Assembly (NCBI RefSeq): GCF_006345805.1
Contig: NC_043012.1
Span: 1,798,001-1,862,000, forward strand
Reading direction: 5' to 3'
DNA from: Octopus sinensis
Lineage: Eukaryota
DNA: 64,000 bases
This document shows, one piece after another, positions 1 to 12,824 of this stretch. The translations under genes and the position numbers were made by a program. Position 1 is the stretch's first letter. The number at the start of each line of letters is the position of its first letter. Under the pieces are notes generated by a model. It had not been told where the DNA came from. It did not search any database and saw nothing but the letters and a program-made list of their open reading frames with translations.

Positions 1-99
1 CTGGTACGTATTCCATCAGCCTTTTTTGCTGAACTTCTAGTTACAGCGATGTTAAAAACATCCACAACAGTTGTAAAGTGGTGATGGCAGGGACACACA

Positions 100-109
100 C
101 ATAGATATG

Positions 110-172
<63 letters not shown>

Positions 173-184
173 TACATACATACA

Positions 185-227
<43 letters not shown>

Positions 228-302
228 CATACATACATATAATATATATATAATATATATACATACATACATACATATATATATATATACATACATACAT
301 AC

Positions 303-335
<33 letters not shown>

Positions 336-365
336 TATAATATATATATATATTATGTATATATA
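100..365. repeat. (TA)n/(TACA)n microsatellite
   Basis: Direct reading of the sequence. Confidence 0.95.
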
Positions 366-656
366 TAAAATATTATTTGAGACAAAACCACTATTTTGCA
401 AAACAAACAAGGAAAGACTTAATCAATACATAATCAATACATAATCAATACTTAATCAATACATAAAATCAAACAACAATCGTTTCTTGTCTTGATCGAC
501 AATCTTCAGGTGGACTTCCACCTGAAGATTGTCGATCAAGACAAGAAACGATTGTAGTGGCGGTTTTTTTGACTATTTATTAAATTTTATGTATTGATTA
601 AGTCTTTCCTTGTTTGTTTTGCAAAATAGTGGTTTTGTCTCAAATAATATTTTATA
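364..656. mobile_element. Fold-back element: ~70-bp outer inverted repeats plus a 39-bp inner perfect hairpin carrying a hammerhead motif (Penelope-derived, non-autonomous)
   Basis: 364-~433 is the reverse complement of ~587-656. 476-514 is the reverse complement of 517-555, with a 2-nt loop. Confidence 0.8.
518..560 (+). ncRNA. Minimal type I hammerhead ribozyme motif
   Basis: CCAC-CUGAAGA-UUGUC(GAUCAA)GACAA-GAAAC-GAUU-GUA-GUGG. Stem I, core, stem II, GAAA and a GUA cleavage triplet are all present. Confidence 0.8.
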
Positions 657-734
657 ATATTTTACTATAAAATTGATTTAATCCTAAATCTGATTTTTTT
701 TCCCTGTAAATTTGGATATATTCCCTAATATTTA

Positions 735-738
735 TTAT

Positions 739-777
<39 letters not shown>

Positions 778-834
778 TATATATATATATGATATATATA
801 TATATATATATAGATATATATGTATATATATATG

Positions 835-894
<60 letters not shown>

Positions 895-899
895 TATAA

Positions 900-944
<45 letters not shown>

Positions 945-958
945 TATATATTATATAT

Positions 959-1008
<50 letters not shown>

Positions 1009-1021
1009 ATGTATACATATG

Positions 1022-1110
<89 letters not shown>

Positions 1111-1127
1111 TATATATATATATTATG

Positions 1128-1196
<69 letters not shown>

Positions 1197-1448
1197 CATA
1201 TCTATGTGTGTGTATATATGTATGCATATCTATGTGTATATATATATATATATAATATATATATATACATACATATGTATACATATATATATATATACAT
1301 ACATATGTATACATATATATATATATACATACATATGTATACATACATATATATATGTATATATGCATACATACATATATATATACATATATACATATAT
1401 ATATATATGTGTGTGTGTGTGTATGTATATATATATGTATGTATATAT
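735..1448. repeat. (TA)n-rich compound microsatellite
   Basis: Direct reading of the sequence. Confidence 0.95.
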
Positions 1449-1850
1449 GAAAATTTTTGTAATGAGATAAAAAACCAAGGCTGTATAGATATTAGAGCAT
1501 TTATAGATAGAAGGTCTTACAGATGTTTCTAGAATATTAATTAATAATATCCCTTCATCAGAGTCGGTGTGAGAGGAAAAGTCATAGTTAGTTTCGATGT
1601 GATACAAATAGAGAGTGAGGTGGAGAAAATAAAATAGATGTAAGATATGTATGGGTATTGAGTTCATAAATCCGTTTTATAGGCATAATGGTATATATGT
1701 GTAATATTCCAATATCCTTTGAGTAAAATCCAAAAGTCCAACAGAGTTTAATATGAGTCCATCCAAATGTAAAGTTTATAAGCAATGTAAGATTCTCTTA
1801 AAGTTGGTCATTCCAGTAGGGAATATATATAGAATGTAGCAGATTCAAGG
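1449..1850 (-). mobile_element. Probable Penelope-like element 3' end / pLTR remnant with a hammerhead motif
   Basis: The minus strand at 1513-1565 has CUGAUGA, an 8-bp stem II, GAAAC and GUA. 1459-1490 recurs in the palindrome at 12161-12262. Confidence 0.55.
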
Positions 1851-1888
1851 TTTGTGTTTAAACTGACCTAGAAATAGGGAGTGTATTA

Positions 1889-2216
1889 GTCGCCTTACTA
1901 GCACTGGGGCCACATGAAAAAAAACATTCGAGCAAGGTCGTTGCCAGTACCGCTGGACTAACTCCTGTGCAAGTGGCACATAAAAAGCACCATTTGAGCG
2001 TGGCCATTGCCAGTACCACCTAACTGGCCCTCGTGACGGTGGCACGTAAAAGCACCCACTACTCTCTTAGAGTGGTTGGCATTAGGAAGAGCATCCAGCT
2101 GTAGAAACTCTGCCAGATCAGATTGGAGTCTGGTTCGCCATACCTCAGTCAAATCGTCCAACCCATGTTAGCATGGAAAGCAGACGTTAAAAGATGATGA
2201 TAAACGATGATGATGA
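1889..2216 (+). mobile_element. Family B retroposon (RTE-type 3' tail ending in (GAT)n)
   Basis: Matches the tail at 7010-7523 and other copies (gcacccactac...aacccatgctagcatggaaag...gatgatgat). Confidence 0.85.
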
Positions 2217-2854
2217 TATCATCATCATCGTTTAGTGTTCGTTTTCCATGCTAGCATGGGTTGAACGGTTCTACTGGGGTCTGTCCAACCCATGCTAGCA
2301 TGGAAAACGGATGCTAAACGATGATGATGATATCATTTACATATATATATATATAAAAGCTGCAGTACAGCTTTTATATATAAAATCTGTACTGCAGTAT
2401 GGCCAAAGCTGTGTTGCATTCACAAAATTGAAAGAACTAAAGTATCATAGTGCAATGTCTGTAATTTAATATTATTATTTCTTTGAATAAAAAAGGAAAA
2501 AAGCTTTTATGTTTCACTGCTTTTCATTCCCAATGAATTGAGATATTTAATTGCTTTTCCAAGAAAAAGTTTTGCCTGCATTTCCCAGGTAAAGTCATGA
2601 TATGAAGACAAACTAGTCACTTGACAATGAAATGACTTAGGGCTTGGCTAGCATCAAACAAAGCAAAAACACTGCTTACAATGCAATGTAAGTTCAAGTA
2701 GGGAAACAATTTATTTACTTATTTTCTTGTTTTCTTCTTTTTTTTTTCTTTCTTTTTCCTTTATGTAAATGCATTTTATAGTGCATGAATTCTAATACTC
2801 TGCTCTATCTCTTTTCAAGTCATGTAACATATATAGGTATTGTGCAATATGTTT

Positions 2855-3315
2855 TGGCCATGTGGATTACAAGTTCCTTTTGCGGCAGTACCCTTTCGGG
2901 TTCAGTCCCACTGCGCAGCAGCTGGGAGGAAAGTGTCTTCTACTGTATAGCCCAAGGATCAATCAACACCTTGTAAGTGAATGTGAATCTGACAGATGGA
3001 AATTACTAGGAAGCCTCTTGCATGCATGTATGTATGAGTATGTGTGTATGTGCATGCATGCATGTATATGTGTATGCATGTGTGTATATGCATGTGTGTG
3101 TGCATGTATGTGTGTGTGAGTGTGTGCGCATGCGTGTGTGTGGGGGAGGGTGTTGGTTTCATTATGTCCTCATAATTTAGTGGTTTGGCAAAAAAGAGAT
3201 AAATAGAATAATTATTATTCGTAAGATAAGTGCTGGTATCAGTTTGTTCAACTGATCCCTCCAAGGGGGTGCTCCAGCATGGCTGCAGTCGACCAACTGA
3301 AATCAATAAAAATAT
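2855..3315 (+). mobile_element. Degenerate family A tRNA-derived SINE
   Basis: B-box-like ggttcagtcccactgcg, a central microsatellite and the ggtgctccagcatggc tail, as at 61688-62103. Confidence 0.7.
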
Positions 3316-3550
3316 AAAGATACTTACATATATGCATATATGTACTTACATACAAACACACATATACGCATGCACATACACATACACATGTGTGTGTATG
3401 ATGACCTCTCTCAGTTTTTGTTTACCAAATGCATTCACAAGGGTTTGGTCAGCCTGGAGCAATAACTGAAGACATTCATGGTGCCAGTGAATGAGACTGA
3501 ACCTGGAACCATGAGGCTAGAAAGCAAACTTCTTACATCATTGCCACACC

Positions 3551-3586
<36 letters not shown>

Positions 3587-3657
3587 ATACATACACGCAT
3601 AGACACTCATACACACACACACACACATATATATATATACACAAACACACTCATACA

Positions 3658-3707
<50 letters not shown>

Positions 3708-3715
3708 AATATATA

Positions 3716-3872
3716 TATGGGCTTCTTTCAGTTTTAATCTACCAAATACACTCACAAGGTTTTGATCAACCCAAGGCTATAGTAGAAGATACTTGCCCAA
3801 GGTACCATGCAGTGGGACTGAAGCCAGAACCATGTGGTTTGTAAGCAAGCTACTTACCACACACCCATGCCT
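3716..3872 (-). mobile_element. Family A SINE head
   Basis: Reverse complement of the family A head. Confidence 0.8.
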
Positions 3873-3896
3873 GCACATATGTATATAGATATATAG

Positions 3897-3928
<32 letters not shown>

Positions 3929-3929
<1 letters not shown>

Positions 3930-4080
3930 TGGCATTAGGAAGGGCATCCAGCTGTAGAAACATTGCCAGATTAGACTGGAGCCTGGTGCAGCCTTCTGGC
4001 TTCCCAGAACCCCGGTCGAACCGTCCAACCCATGCTAGCATGGAGAACGGACGTTAAACGATGATGATGATGATGATGAT
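3929..4080 (+). mobile_element. Family B tail fragment
   Basis: ggcattaggaagggcatccagctgtagaaac...gatgatgat. Confidence 0.85.
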
Positions 4081-4632
4081 ATATATATATATATACTTTA
4101 TTTAAAGCAGCAGAAAATTCAACAAAACCTGTTACTCTGAGTTTCCCATTGCTGTTCATCGGACAATTTTTGTTAGAATAAAATAAAGCATATTACTCTA
4201 CCACTGGTATTTGAGTACTCTTTTATCCACCTTGTTTCACATTTATGTGTTTACTCCGGTATATATATATAATGCATATGGATAGAGAGGAGAGTTAGAG
4301 AGAGGTTAGCTGTAGAGGATTCTTTATTCAGTCAGTGCAGAGAATGCTTACAGTTGATGGAATAGGAGGTGGGAGGGAATAGCAGCTATAGGACTGGGTC
4401 CAGTAATATCTCTCACCACTTCTTTATTGGTGAATGAACCAAGTATCAACCACATGAAAAAAAAATAACCTGGATCTCATAACCCAATTCTCTAAAGACA
4501 TTGGAATGAAATTTGATGTGTCCAAATGTTGATTTTTGGGCGGCGAATTTGTGTCGTCATCCAAGATACCAAACATGAACAATTGATAAATTCAGCCAGA
4601 TATTGTGTGGGAGACCACAAGAAAATAAATGT

Positions 4633-4790
4633 GTGGCTGTGTGGTAAGATGCTTGCTTCCCAACCACATGGTTCTAGGTTCAGTTCAGTCCCACTGTGTG
4701 ACACCTTGAGCAAGTGTCTTCTGCTCTTGCCTTGGGCCAACCAAAGCCTTATGAGTGAATTTAGTAGACAGAAACTGAAAGAACCCTGTC

Positions 4791-4833
<43 letters not shown>

Positions 4834-5030
4834 TATATGTGTGTATGTGTGTGCGTGTGTGTATGCATGCATTTGTGTGTCTGTGTTTGCCCCCAGCTGT
4901 AGAAACCATACCAAATCAGATTGAGGCCTGGTGCAACTCCCTGGCTTACCAGTTTTCAATCAAACTGCCCAACCCTTGCCAGCATGGAAAACAGATGTTA
5001 AATGATGATGATGATGATGATGATGATGAT
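4633..5030 (+). mobile_element. Family A SINE head joined through a microsatellite to a family B tail
   Basis: Head at 4633-4790 and B tail at ~4895-5030. Confidence 0.75.
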
Positions 5031-5344
5031 ATCTGTGTGCATGTGTGTCTGTGTAGATATGTATGTGTAATGCATAGAGACAAAAGGGTGAGATAGAGAG
5101 TGGGACTTGAAAGAAAAGAGGACAACTAAATAATAACTATTTAATATTTCATGCCTTTTCAATTTGGTAGACATTAATTTACTTTAACAAATGTTACAAT
5201 TAACAGTTTTGGCATGTTCATGTTGTTGTGTATGTGGTGAGTACTAGATGCATGTTGTGGCGTATGTAAATGTGGCACTAGATTAACCATTCAACAAAAT
5301 AAGCGCGTGGCATCAAGGAAAGACGGGGATACCACAGAAATAGT

Positions 5345-5688
5345 AAATGGTCTACAGCACAAAAGAAATCACTTTAAACTCGCAAAACTAATATTTGGGA
5401 TGCCTTTATTTCTAAGTATAGATGCAAATGTGTTACCTAAAATTAATTTTGAGGATCTGATCAAAGACTTTGCCATTCAAAAAAGTAGGAGGAAACTTCT
5501 CAAATATAAATAAAGTGAAAGTATACAAAAATAAACATTATTTTCCCTCTTACTGTTTTATTTCATTTTGAAAAATAAAAATCTATTTTACAGGTTGTTA
5601 CTGTTTATATTTTGGATTACATAATCTTTTATGGGAGCACCTAAATCTTTTAAGTGCTTAGGCTTCGACGGGTCTTAATCCGGCCCTG
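5345..5688 (+). mobile_element. hAT transposon 3' end (dimerisation-domain remnant and terminal inverted repeat)
   Basis: Translation LSIDANVLPKINFEDLIKDFAIQKSRRK resembles the C-terminus of ZMYM1-like hAT transposases. The element ends in ...atccggccctg, the reverse complement of a CAGGGCCGG-type TIR. Confidence 0.75.
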
Positions 5689-6306
5689 TGTAAATGTGAA
5701 GATTTAGCTTTCTACATTTGGAGACCTTTAATACAGAGAGAGAGAGAGAGGGAATTTCTAAGGGTTCATGTGACAGTACAGAACATAATGACTGCTTTAT
5801 ATAAATCTAAACCACCATATTGCCGGTGGGTGGTAGCAAAGGGTAATGTGCCATGCAGGCATGCTTGAATGATACTGAATAATGTTATATAAATTATTTT
5901 TGTTATTAGTCACCGAAAGTAAATTGTGCATTGGAGCAGAACTGCTCTTTGAAGCTGCAGCATGTGATAGTGATGTATTATGAGCTCCCTTATTAAACCA
6001 GGAGGGAAAAACATGAATTGCAATAAATAGTAACGCATAGCAACTGAAGGGTAATATTCTGACATGTGACCCTGATGTGTGATGCAGAGGAATCTGATGG
6101 GTGATGTAGTGGCATTTGACACTGTTATACCATGAACAAGCATCACACCCATGCACCTGCCATTATTTCCCTCCATATAGATATCCCATACATAAACAGC
6201 ACCACTACTCAACAAATTCAACCATACCTGTCTACATACACACACATATTTATAGGTATATGTATAGATTTATAGGCATATGTGTGTGTGTGTATATGTG
6301 TGTATT

Positions 6307-6356
<50 letters not shown>

Positions 6357-6469
6357 TATATATATGTATATAAATATGTAAATATATGTGTATGTATGTA
6401 TATATATATGTATATATGTATATATTTATATATATATTTACTATATATATATATATATATATATACAGA

Positions 6470-6530
<61 letters not shown>

Positions 6531-6554
6531 AGGGTTATCTATATAATGATGATG

Positions 6555-6595
<41 letters not shown>

Positions 6596-6737
6596 TGGGG
6601 TTCGTAAATTTTACCCCAGTGTCACTTTGATGGCATGCACTGCTCTCTCACTCAATAATAATAATAATAATAATAGTAATAAAAATTGACAGCAAAGAAT
6701 GAGACCTAGATATATATATATATATATATATATATAG

Positions 6738-7523
6738 GGAACCTGTGGAAGAGGTAGAACCAGGAAGACCTGAAATGAAGTGGTGAAGCACGACCTTCAA
6801 ACTTTAGGCCACGCCAAGGAAATGACTAGTGACCAAGACTTGTGGAAATATGCTGTGCTTGAGAAGACCTGGCAAGCCAAATGAGACCATAACCTCATGG
6901 CCTATGCCAGGGGCGTAACCAGCCCACTTATGCATACATTTTCCTTCTTTGGATACTAAACACTGCTTGCGAAGACCTGTTGAGGCAAGTGAAATCGAAA
7001 TCAAATTCTATAACTGGCATCTGTGCTAGCAGGGTGCAAAGAGCACCATTCGAGTGTGATCATCGACAGAGTGGCTAACCGGCTTCTGTGCCAGTGGCAC
7101 ATAAAAGGCACCATTCGTGTGTGATCATTACCAGCGTCACCTTACTTGCACTTGTGCCCCGTGCTAAGAGCACCATCCGAGAGTGATCGTTGCCAGAGTG
7201 GCCAACTTGCTTCCGTGCTAGTGGCACGTAAAATGCACCATTCGAGCATGATCATTACCAGCGCAGCCTTACTGGCACGTGTAAAAACATTCAAGCAAGG
7301 TCGTTGCCAGTACTGTCTGACTGGACCCCGTGCCGGTGGCACGTAAAAGCTCCCACTACACTCTCAGAGTGGTTGGTGTCAGGAAGGGTATCCAGCTGTA
7401 GAAACTCTGCCAGATCAAGATTGGAGCCTGGTGCAGCTATCCAGTTCGCCAGCCCTCAGTCAAATTGTCCAACCCATGCTAGCATGGAAAGCGGACGTTA
7501 AACGATGATGATGATGATGATGA
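6738..7523 (+). mobile_element. 5'-truncated RTE-type LINE: ORF C-terminus plus long 3' tail
   Basis: Decayed GTCGRGRTRKT*NEVVKHDLQTLG...EMTSDQDLWKYAVLEKT, followed by the family B tail and (GAT)n. Confidence 0.8.
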
Positions 7524-7539
7524 TACATTACGTTTAAAT

Positions 7540-8990
7540 TAAAGTTTAGATAGGAGACTTTAAAATGTAGTATCCAAACCTTGTTTTGGGTATGTCCCTT
7601 GTAGTGTGCCTTTGAAAGCAGATTCATCAGTTATGACTACCAGGCATCATCCATGGTACTGCACTTTAGTCATAGGATCTATAGGGTACTTCATTTAACT
7701 TATTTCTGGCTGTGAGGGTGGTGAGGTGTTAATAGGTGAATGTGGATTTCTTGGCATGCATGCAGCGTGCAACCCTTTCGGGTAATTTGTTGATAAGTCT
7801 TTCTCTAGTTAACAGAATGGACAAAGATTATTCAGAGCACAACCCACACCTCCCAGACGGGGGGTTATATGGCCCAGGACAGTTCATAATTCATGTTGTC
7901 TGATTTTAATTTCCACAGAAAATCCACCAGTGATGTTGCATGTCTCTTAGTTACATTTTTGAAGCTAGAGATGTGGTTGCAATATCGATTCTTAAATGCA
8001 TTGGCCATTGCACCTATATACACACACAGGCCTCCTCGTGTGTGCACTGTGTATTTATATATGAGGTTAGACTCGTGCAGAGGTTACGCAATGGGCATCT
8101 TGATTTGTCCCTACACGAGCATTTGTTGTTAGTTGTTGTTACTGACCTGCAGTTATTCCAAGCTGGTCTGGCTGTTCTTGTTCCATCCTGGTTCCTGTTT
8201 GCTATGCTGTTCTTATGTGGGCTCATGGGATTATTTAGGATTTGGTTGTTATTATTTCTAGAGTGGTTAGTGCTGTGGATTCCTATGCATACTGTTTCCA
8301 GTGGGGATTGGTTGAGAGAGCATTGTATACAGGTTTGTTAGTTTTGTGTAAGATTTTGTTTAGTTTTCTGCTGTTGATTCGGTGCATATACTGCTCTAAG
8401 TTGCAGGAGTTGGCCAAAGACACTTTTATGCTATGCCTGTTAGATATGGAATGGTATTTGTGTGATTTGGGGAACCACTTGTCTAAGGCTATAAAGAACT
8501 GCCTAGAAATCCCTGAAGACACATCCGATCTCTTGATTTGGTTGTACCAGAGTACATTTCGGTTTTTATATTTTCGGTTAGGTTTATTAGTCAGAGTGTG
8601 TTGTGGGTGTTTAATGCAACCAGTTTTGCTGCATGGTGTGTTTAGGTGGCAGTTTTTATTACTAGAAAGTTTGGTATTCGGATATCATTATTGTTGGGTG
8701 TTATACGTCCATGGTGATATTTTGAGCCAATCTAATTTCTGTAGGTATGTGCTCTAGTTGCTTTGGTATTGTTGTTGGTGGTGTGTGCATCATATATGTG
8801 TGTGTTGTTTTCTGTATCCAGCCCTAGCTAAAGCCTCATCATAATAGGATGCATGCAAGTTGAATATTTCTTCATTGACAATCTGGATATCCTGGGTCTG
8901 AATATTACCTACCAGTCCCCATATATTGGACGGTGAATGCTTAGACATAGCATTAATGTATTTTAAGTGAGTGTTTGGTTTGTGAAATGG
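7540..8990 (-). mobile_element. Decayed Penelope-like retroelement (RT thumb, linker and GIY-YIG endonuclease)
   Basis: Minus-strand peptides EEIFNLHASYYDEALARAGY, RKYKNRNVLWYN, LDKWFPKSHKYHSISNRHSIKVS and VYIGAMANAFKNRYCNHISSF...LWKLKSDNMNYELSWAI follow the domain order of Penelope-like elements. Confidence 0.85.
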
Positions 8991-9654
8991 CTCATATAGC
9001 TTGGTGTCAAGGCTGAATGTGGCACCCAGAAAGTTACATTCACTCTCTACAGTGATGGCTTGTCCTATAATCCCAAATAGTTTGAAAAGTTTTTTTTTCT
9101 TATGCCTCTCTAGTTCTATGTTACTGCAGGCCCCTTCCAGTATCTTCGCTTTACAGCATTTCTTCAGACCCTCATGGCTGGTGGCCTGTAACCTCTCTTC
9201 AAGACCTTGTAGCTACTTGTTGAATGCATTGACAATGGAGAAGGATTAAGTGCAAAGGATTGTCTCCCTATATGTGTGTGTGTGTGTATACACACACACA
9301 CACACTGCATGGTAGTTCAACCTATACCTTGTCTATTTATGGAACAAAGCCATTTAACCAAATCCATGAAGCTACTCTGCAGCATGACACCTATTTCTGT
9401 CCTGTCTATTCCTTAAATTGTCCAACTGATACAAATCCACATCCCCTCAATACTGCTCCCCCACAACCAGTTGAGGGGGTTTTGTCTTGCAAAATGGTTA
9501 TCCTGTTGGTGCTGGTACCACGAAAAAGGCACCAGTGCTGATGCCACATAAAAAAAAGGTACTGAAGCCATATAAAAGTACTGATGATGGCGCCACATAA
9601 AAAGTACTGATGTTGGTGCCATGTGAAAAGTACTGATGCTGGTGCCATGTAAAC

Positions 9655-9863
9655 AGCACTGGTGATGGCCCCCACATAAAAAAACATCCAGTACACTAAG
9701 TAAAGTGGTTGGTGTTAAGAAGGGTATCCAGCCATAGGAACCATACCAAAACAGACTATGGAATCTGGTGCAGCTTCTGACCTTGCCAGTTCCTATCAAG
9801 CAGTCCAATCCATGCCAGCATGGAAAACAGATGTTAAATGATGATGATGGTGATGATGATGAT
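9655..9863 (+). mobile_element. Family B tail
   Basis: Similarity to the other copies; ends in (GAT)n. Confidence 0.75.
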
Positions 9864-9879
9864 TAATGTCCAGTTTGTT

Positions 9880-10500
9880 CTGCTAATTAGAACTTTGATC
9901 ACTGCTAAGTTAACTTTAAGGTAACTTTGATTCCAGCTTCTGTTTCCACACTTGGAATTCTAATTCTAATTCTCCTACAGTTTCTACTATAAGAACAAGG
10001 TCATCAGCACAGAGCAGTTCCTATAGGCAACTAGTCTTAAATTCCTCTGTTATAGCCTTGAGGATTATGGTAAATAAGAGGTGACGTATAACTGAACCCT
10101 GATGAACTCCTACCTGCACACTAAATTCATTGCTGTTAACTCTCAGTTTGCTAACAGCATCCCTGTACATGGCTTAAATGGCTCTCACTAACCATTCATC
10201 TAATCCGGGCTCCAAAGCAACCACCTTGGATCAAGTCACCCTGTCAAACGCTTTCTCCAGGATGGCGAATGCTAAGTACAATGGTTTACTTTCTGCTAAA
10301 TGCCTCTCGTGCAGTTGCCAAACTATAAAGAGAGCATCAATAGTGCTTCTCCCTGCCACGAAACCAAATTCATCCAGGTTAACTCTCTTTCTAATTAACT
10401 GCGCTATGACTTTTTCAGTGACTTTCATAACTGGTCCAGTTATTTGATACACCTGTAATTACTTTTTTCTAAGGCATCTCCTTTACCTTGGTAACAGTTA
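9880..10500 (-). mobile_element. RTE-type reverse transcriptase fragments
   Basis: FGFVAGRSTIDALFIVWQLHE...YLAFAILEKAFDRV and VGVHQGSV...ELLCADDLVL, with stops and deletions. Confidence 0.85.
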
Positions 10501-10662
10501 ACAAAAATGCATATTTTATATATATATATATATGCATGTGTTTTTATGTATATGTATATATATTTGTGTGTGTGTATGTATATGTATGTATATATACAAA
10601 TATATGTATATATATATATGTATGTGTATATACATACATACATACATATATATATATATATA

Positions 10663-10980
10663 TCATCATCATCATCATCGTCGTTTAACGTCTGCTTCCC
10701 ATGCTGACATGAGTTGGACGGTTTGACTGAGGGCCGGCGAGCCAGAAGGCTGCACTAGGCTCCAATCAGATCTGGCAGATTTTCTACAGCTCAATGCCCT
10801 TCCTAACACCAACCACGCTGAGAGCGTAGTGGGTGCATTTCACATGCCACTGGCACGAGGGCTAGTCAGGTGGTACTGGCATTGACCACGCTCAAATGGT
10901 GCTTTTTATGTGTCAGGCGGCACTGGCGGCACTGGCAATGACCACAATCGAATGCTGCTTTTTCACGTACCACTGGCACA
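10663..10980 (-). mobile_element. Family B retroposon
   Basis: Reverse complement of the B tail, starting at (CAT)n. Confidence 0.85.
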
Positions 10981-10989
10981 AGGCAGACA

Positions 10990-11570
<581 letters not shown>

Positions 11571-11596
11571 ATAATATATTAAAATTTGGTATACAT

Positions 11597-11967
11597 AAAA
11601 TTTCAGATATTTGTCTTAAACATTCATACAAGCAAATTCATAATTGAGATGTATGACATGAGATATTATTCCATTCAAATAACCACATATTTATATTAAG
11701 ACACAGATGATAGAAATATAGAAATATAAGAATATAAACATAAAAAATATGAAGCGTACCATGGCCTTTTTTAATCTATTCTAACTATATTTTCTATTTT
11801 CCTGTTATTCCTTATATTCTTTATGTTTATATTCTTATATTTCTATATTTCTATCATCTGTGTCTTAATATAAATATGTGGTTATTTGAATGGAATAATA
11901 TCTCATGTCATACATCTCAATTATGAATTTGCTTGTATGAATGTTTAAGACAAATATCTGAAATTTT
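11597..11967. repeat. Long inverted repeat (~148-bp arms, ~75-bp spacer)
   Basis: 11597-11744 is the reverse complement of 11820-11967. Confidence 0.9.
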
Positions 11968-12136
11968 TATCGTATTTTATATTTTTATCATGATTTTATC
12001 TGAGACTGTATTGCTGAACATAAAATAATTACAGTATGGGAAACACATATAAACCATTCAGAAGCACACAAAATTGTGAACTTCATTTAAACATAATAAT
12101 TGTTTAAGTTAACATTGTGTGTTTTTGATATATATC

Positions 12137-12160
<24 letters not shown>

Positions 12161-12167
<7 letters not shown>

Positions 12168-12262
12168 TTTTTTCAGTAATGAGATAAAAAAAACCAAGGC
12201 TGTGTAATGTTCTAAAATCTACACAGCCTTGGTTTTTTATCTCATTACGGAAAAAAAAAATA
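12161..12262. repeat. Inverted repeat (~45-bp arms) related to the Penelope-like end at 1449
   Basis: gtaatgagataaaaaaaaccaaggctgtgta pairs with tacacagccttggttttttatctcattac. Confidence 0.85.
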
Positions 12263-12348
12263 TTATATACACAAGCTGACATATAACCAACGTTGAACCC
12301 CTTATTTGCATAATCACCGAACCTGGAACTTAACTATGGGCTATCTAC

Positions 12349-12451
12349 AGCACTTATTCAACATTACCTGACACCTTTGAGTCTCAATGATACCATTACC
12401 TCTCATAACCTCTCTCTCTCTCTATATATATATATATATGTGATACCATTA

Positions 12452-12497
<46 letters not shown>

Positions 12498-12824
12498 GAG
12501 AGAGAGAGAGGTTATGAGAGGTAATGGTGTCATTGAGACCCAAAGGTGTCAGGTAATGTTGAATAAGTGCTAAATGATTAGATATGTTAGGTAAGTGCTG
12601 TAATAGATTACTAGGGTTCAAAGGTTATGAATGAGATGGCAGTTATGGAGCCATTTCAGATTTCCAATACAGTGGATATATAATATGTTGTCCTCTTTAA
12701 CAATTATGTATATATATCCACTGCATTGGAAATCTGAAATGGCTCCATAACTGCCCATCTCATTCATAACCTTTGAGCCCTAGTAATCTATTACAGCACT
12801 TACCTAACATATCTAATCATTTAG
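12349..12824. repeat. Two abutting inverted repeats (12349-12571 and 12570-12824)
   Basis: Arms of ~80 bp and ~113 bp are nearly perfectly complementary. Confidence 0.9.

Noticed and set aside
52-1532. Many Y/I/M/C/V/H/T-rich ORFs, also at 10440-11500, 29243-29810, 31587-32355 and 53168-56352
   Set aside because: They are translations of TA/TG/TACA microsatellites, which lack stop codons.
8242-8757. 171-aa and 133-aa plus-strand ORFs
   Set aside because: They are antisense shadows of the Penelope-like element and have no protein-like features.
9000-9245. Possible further LINE 3' remnant on the minus strand
   Set aside because: Similarity is too weak to support by eye.
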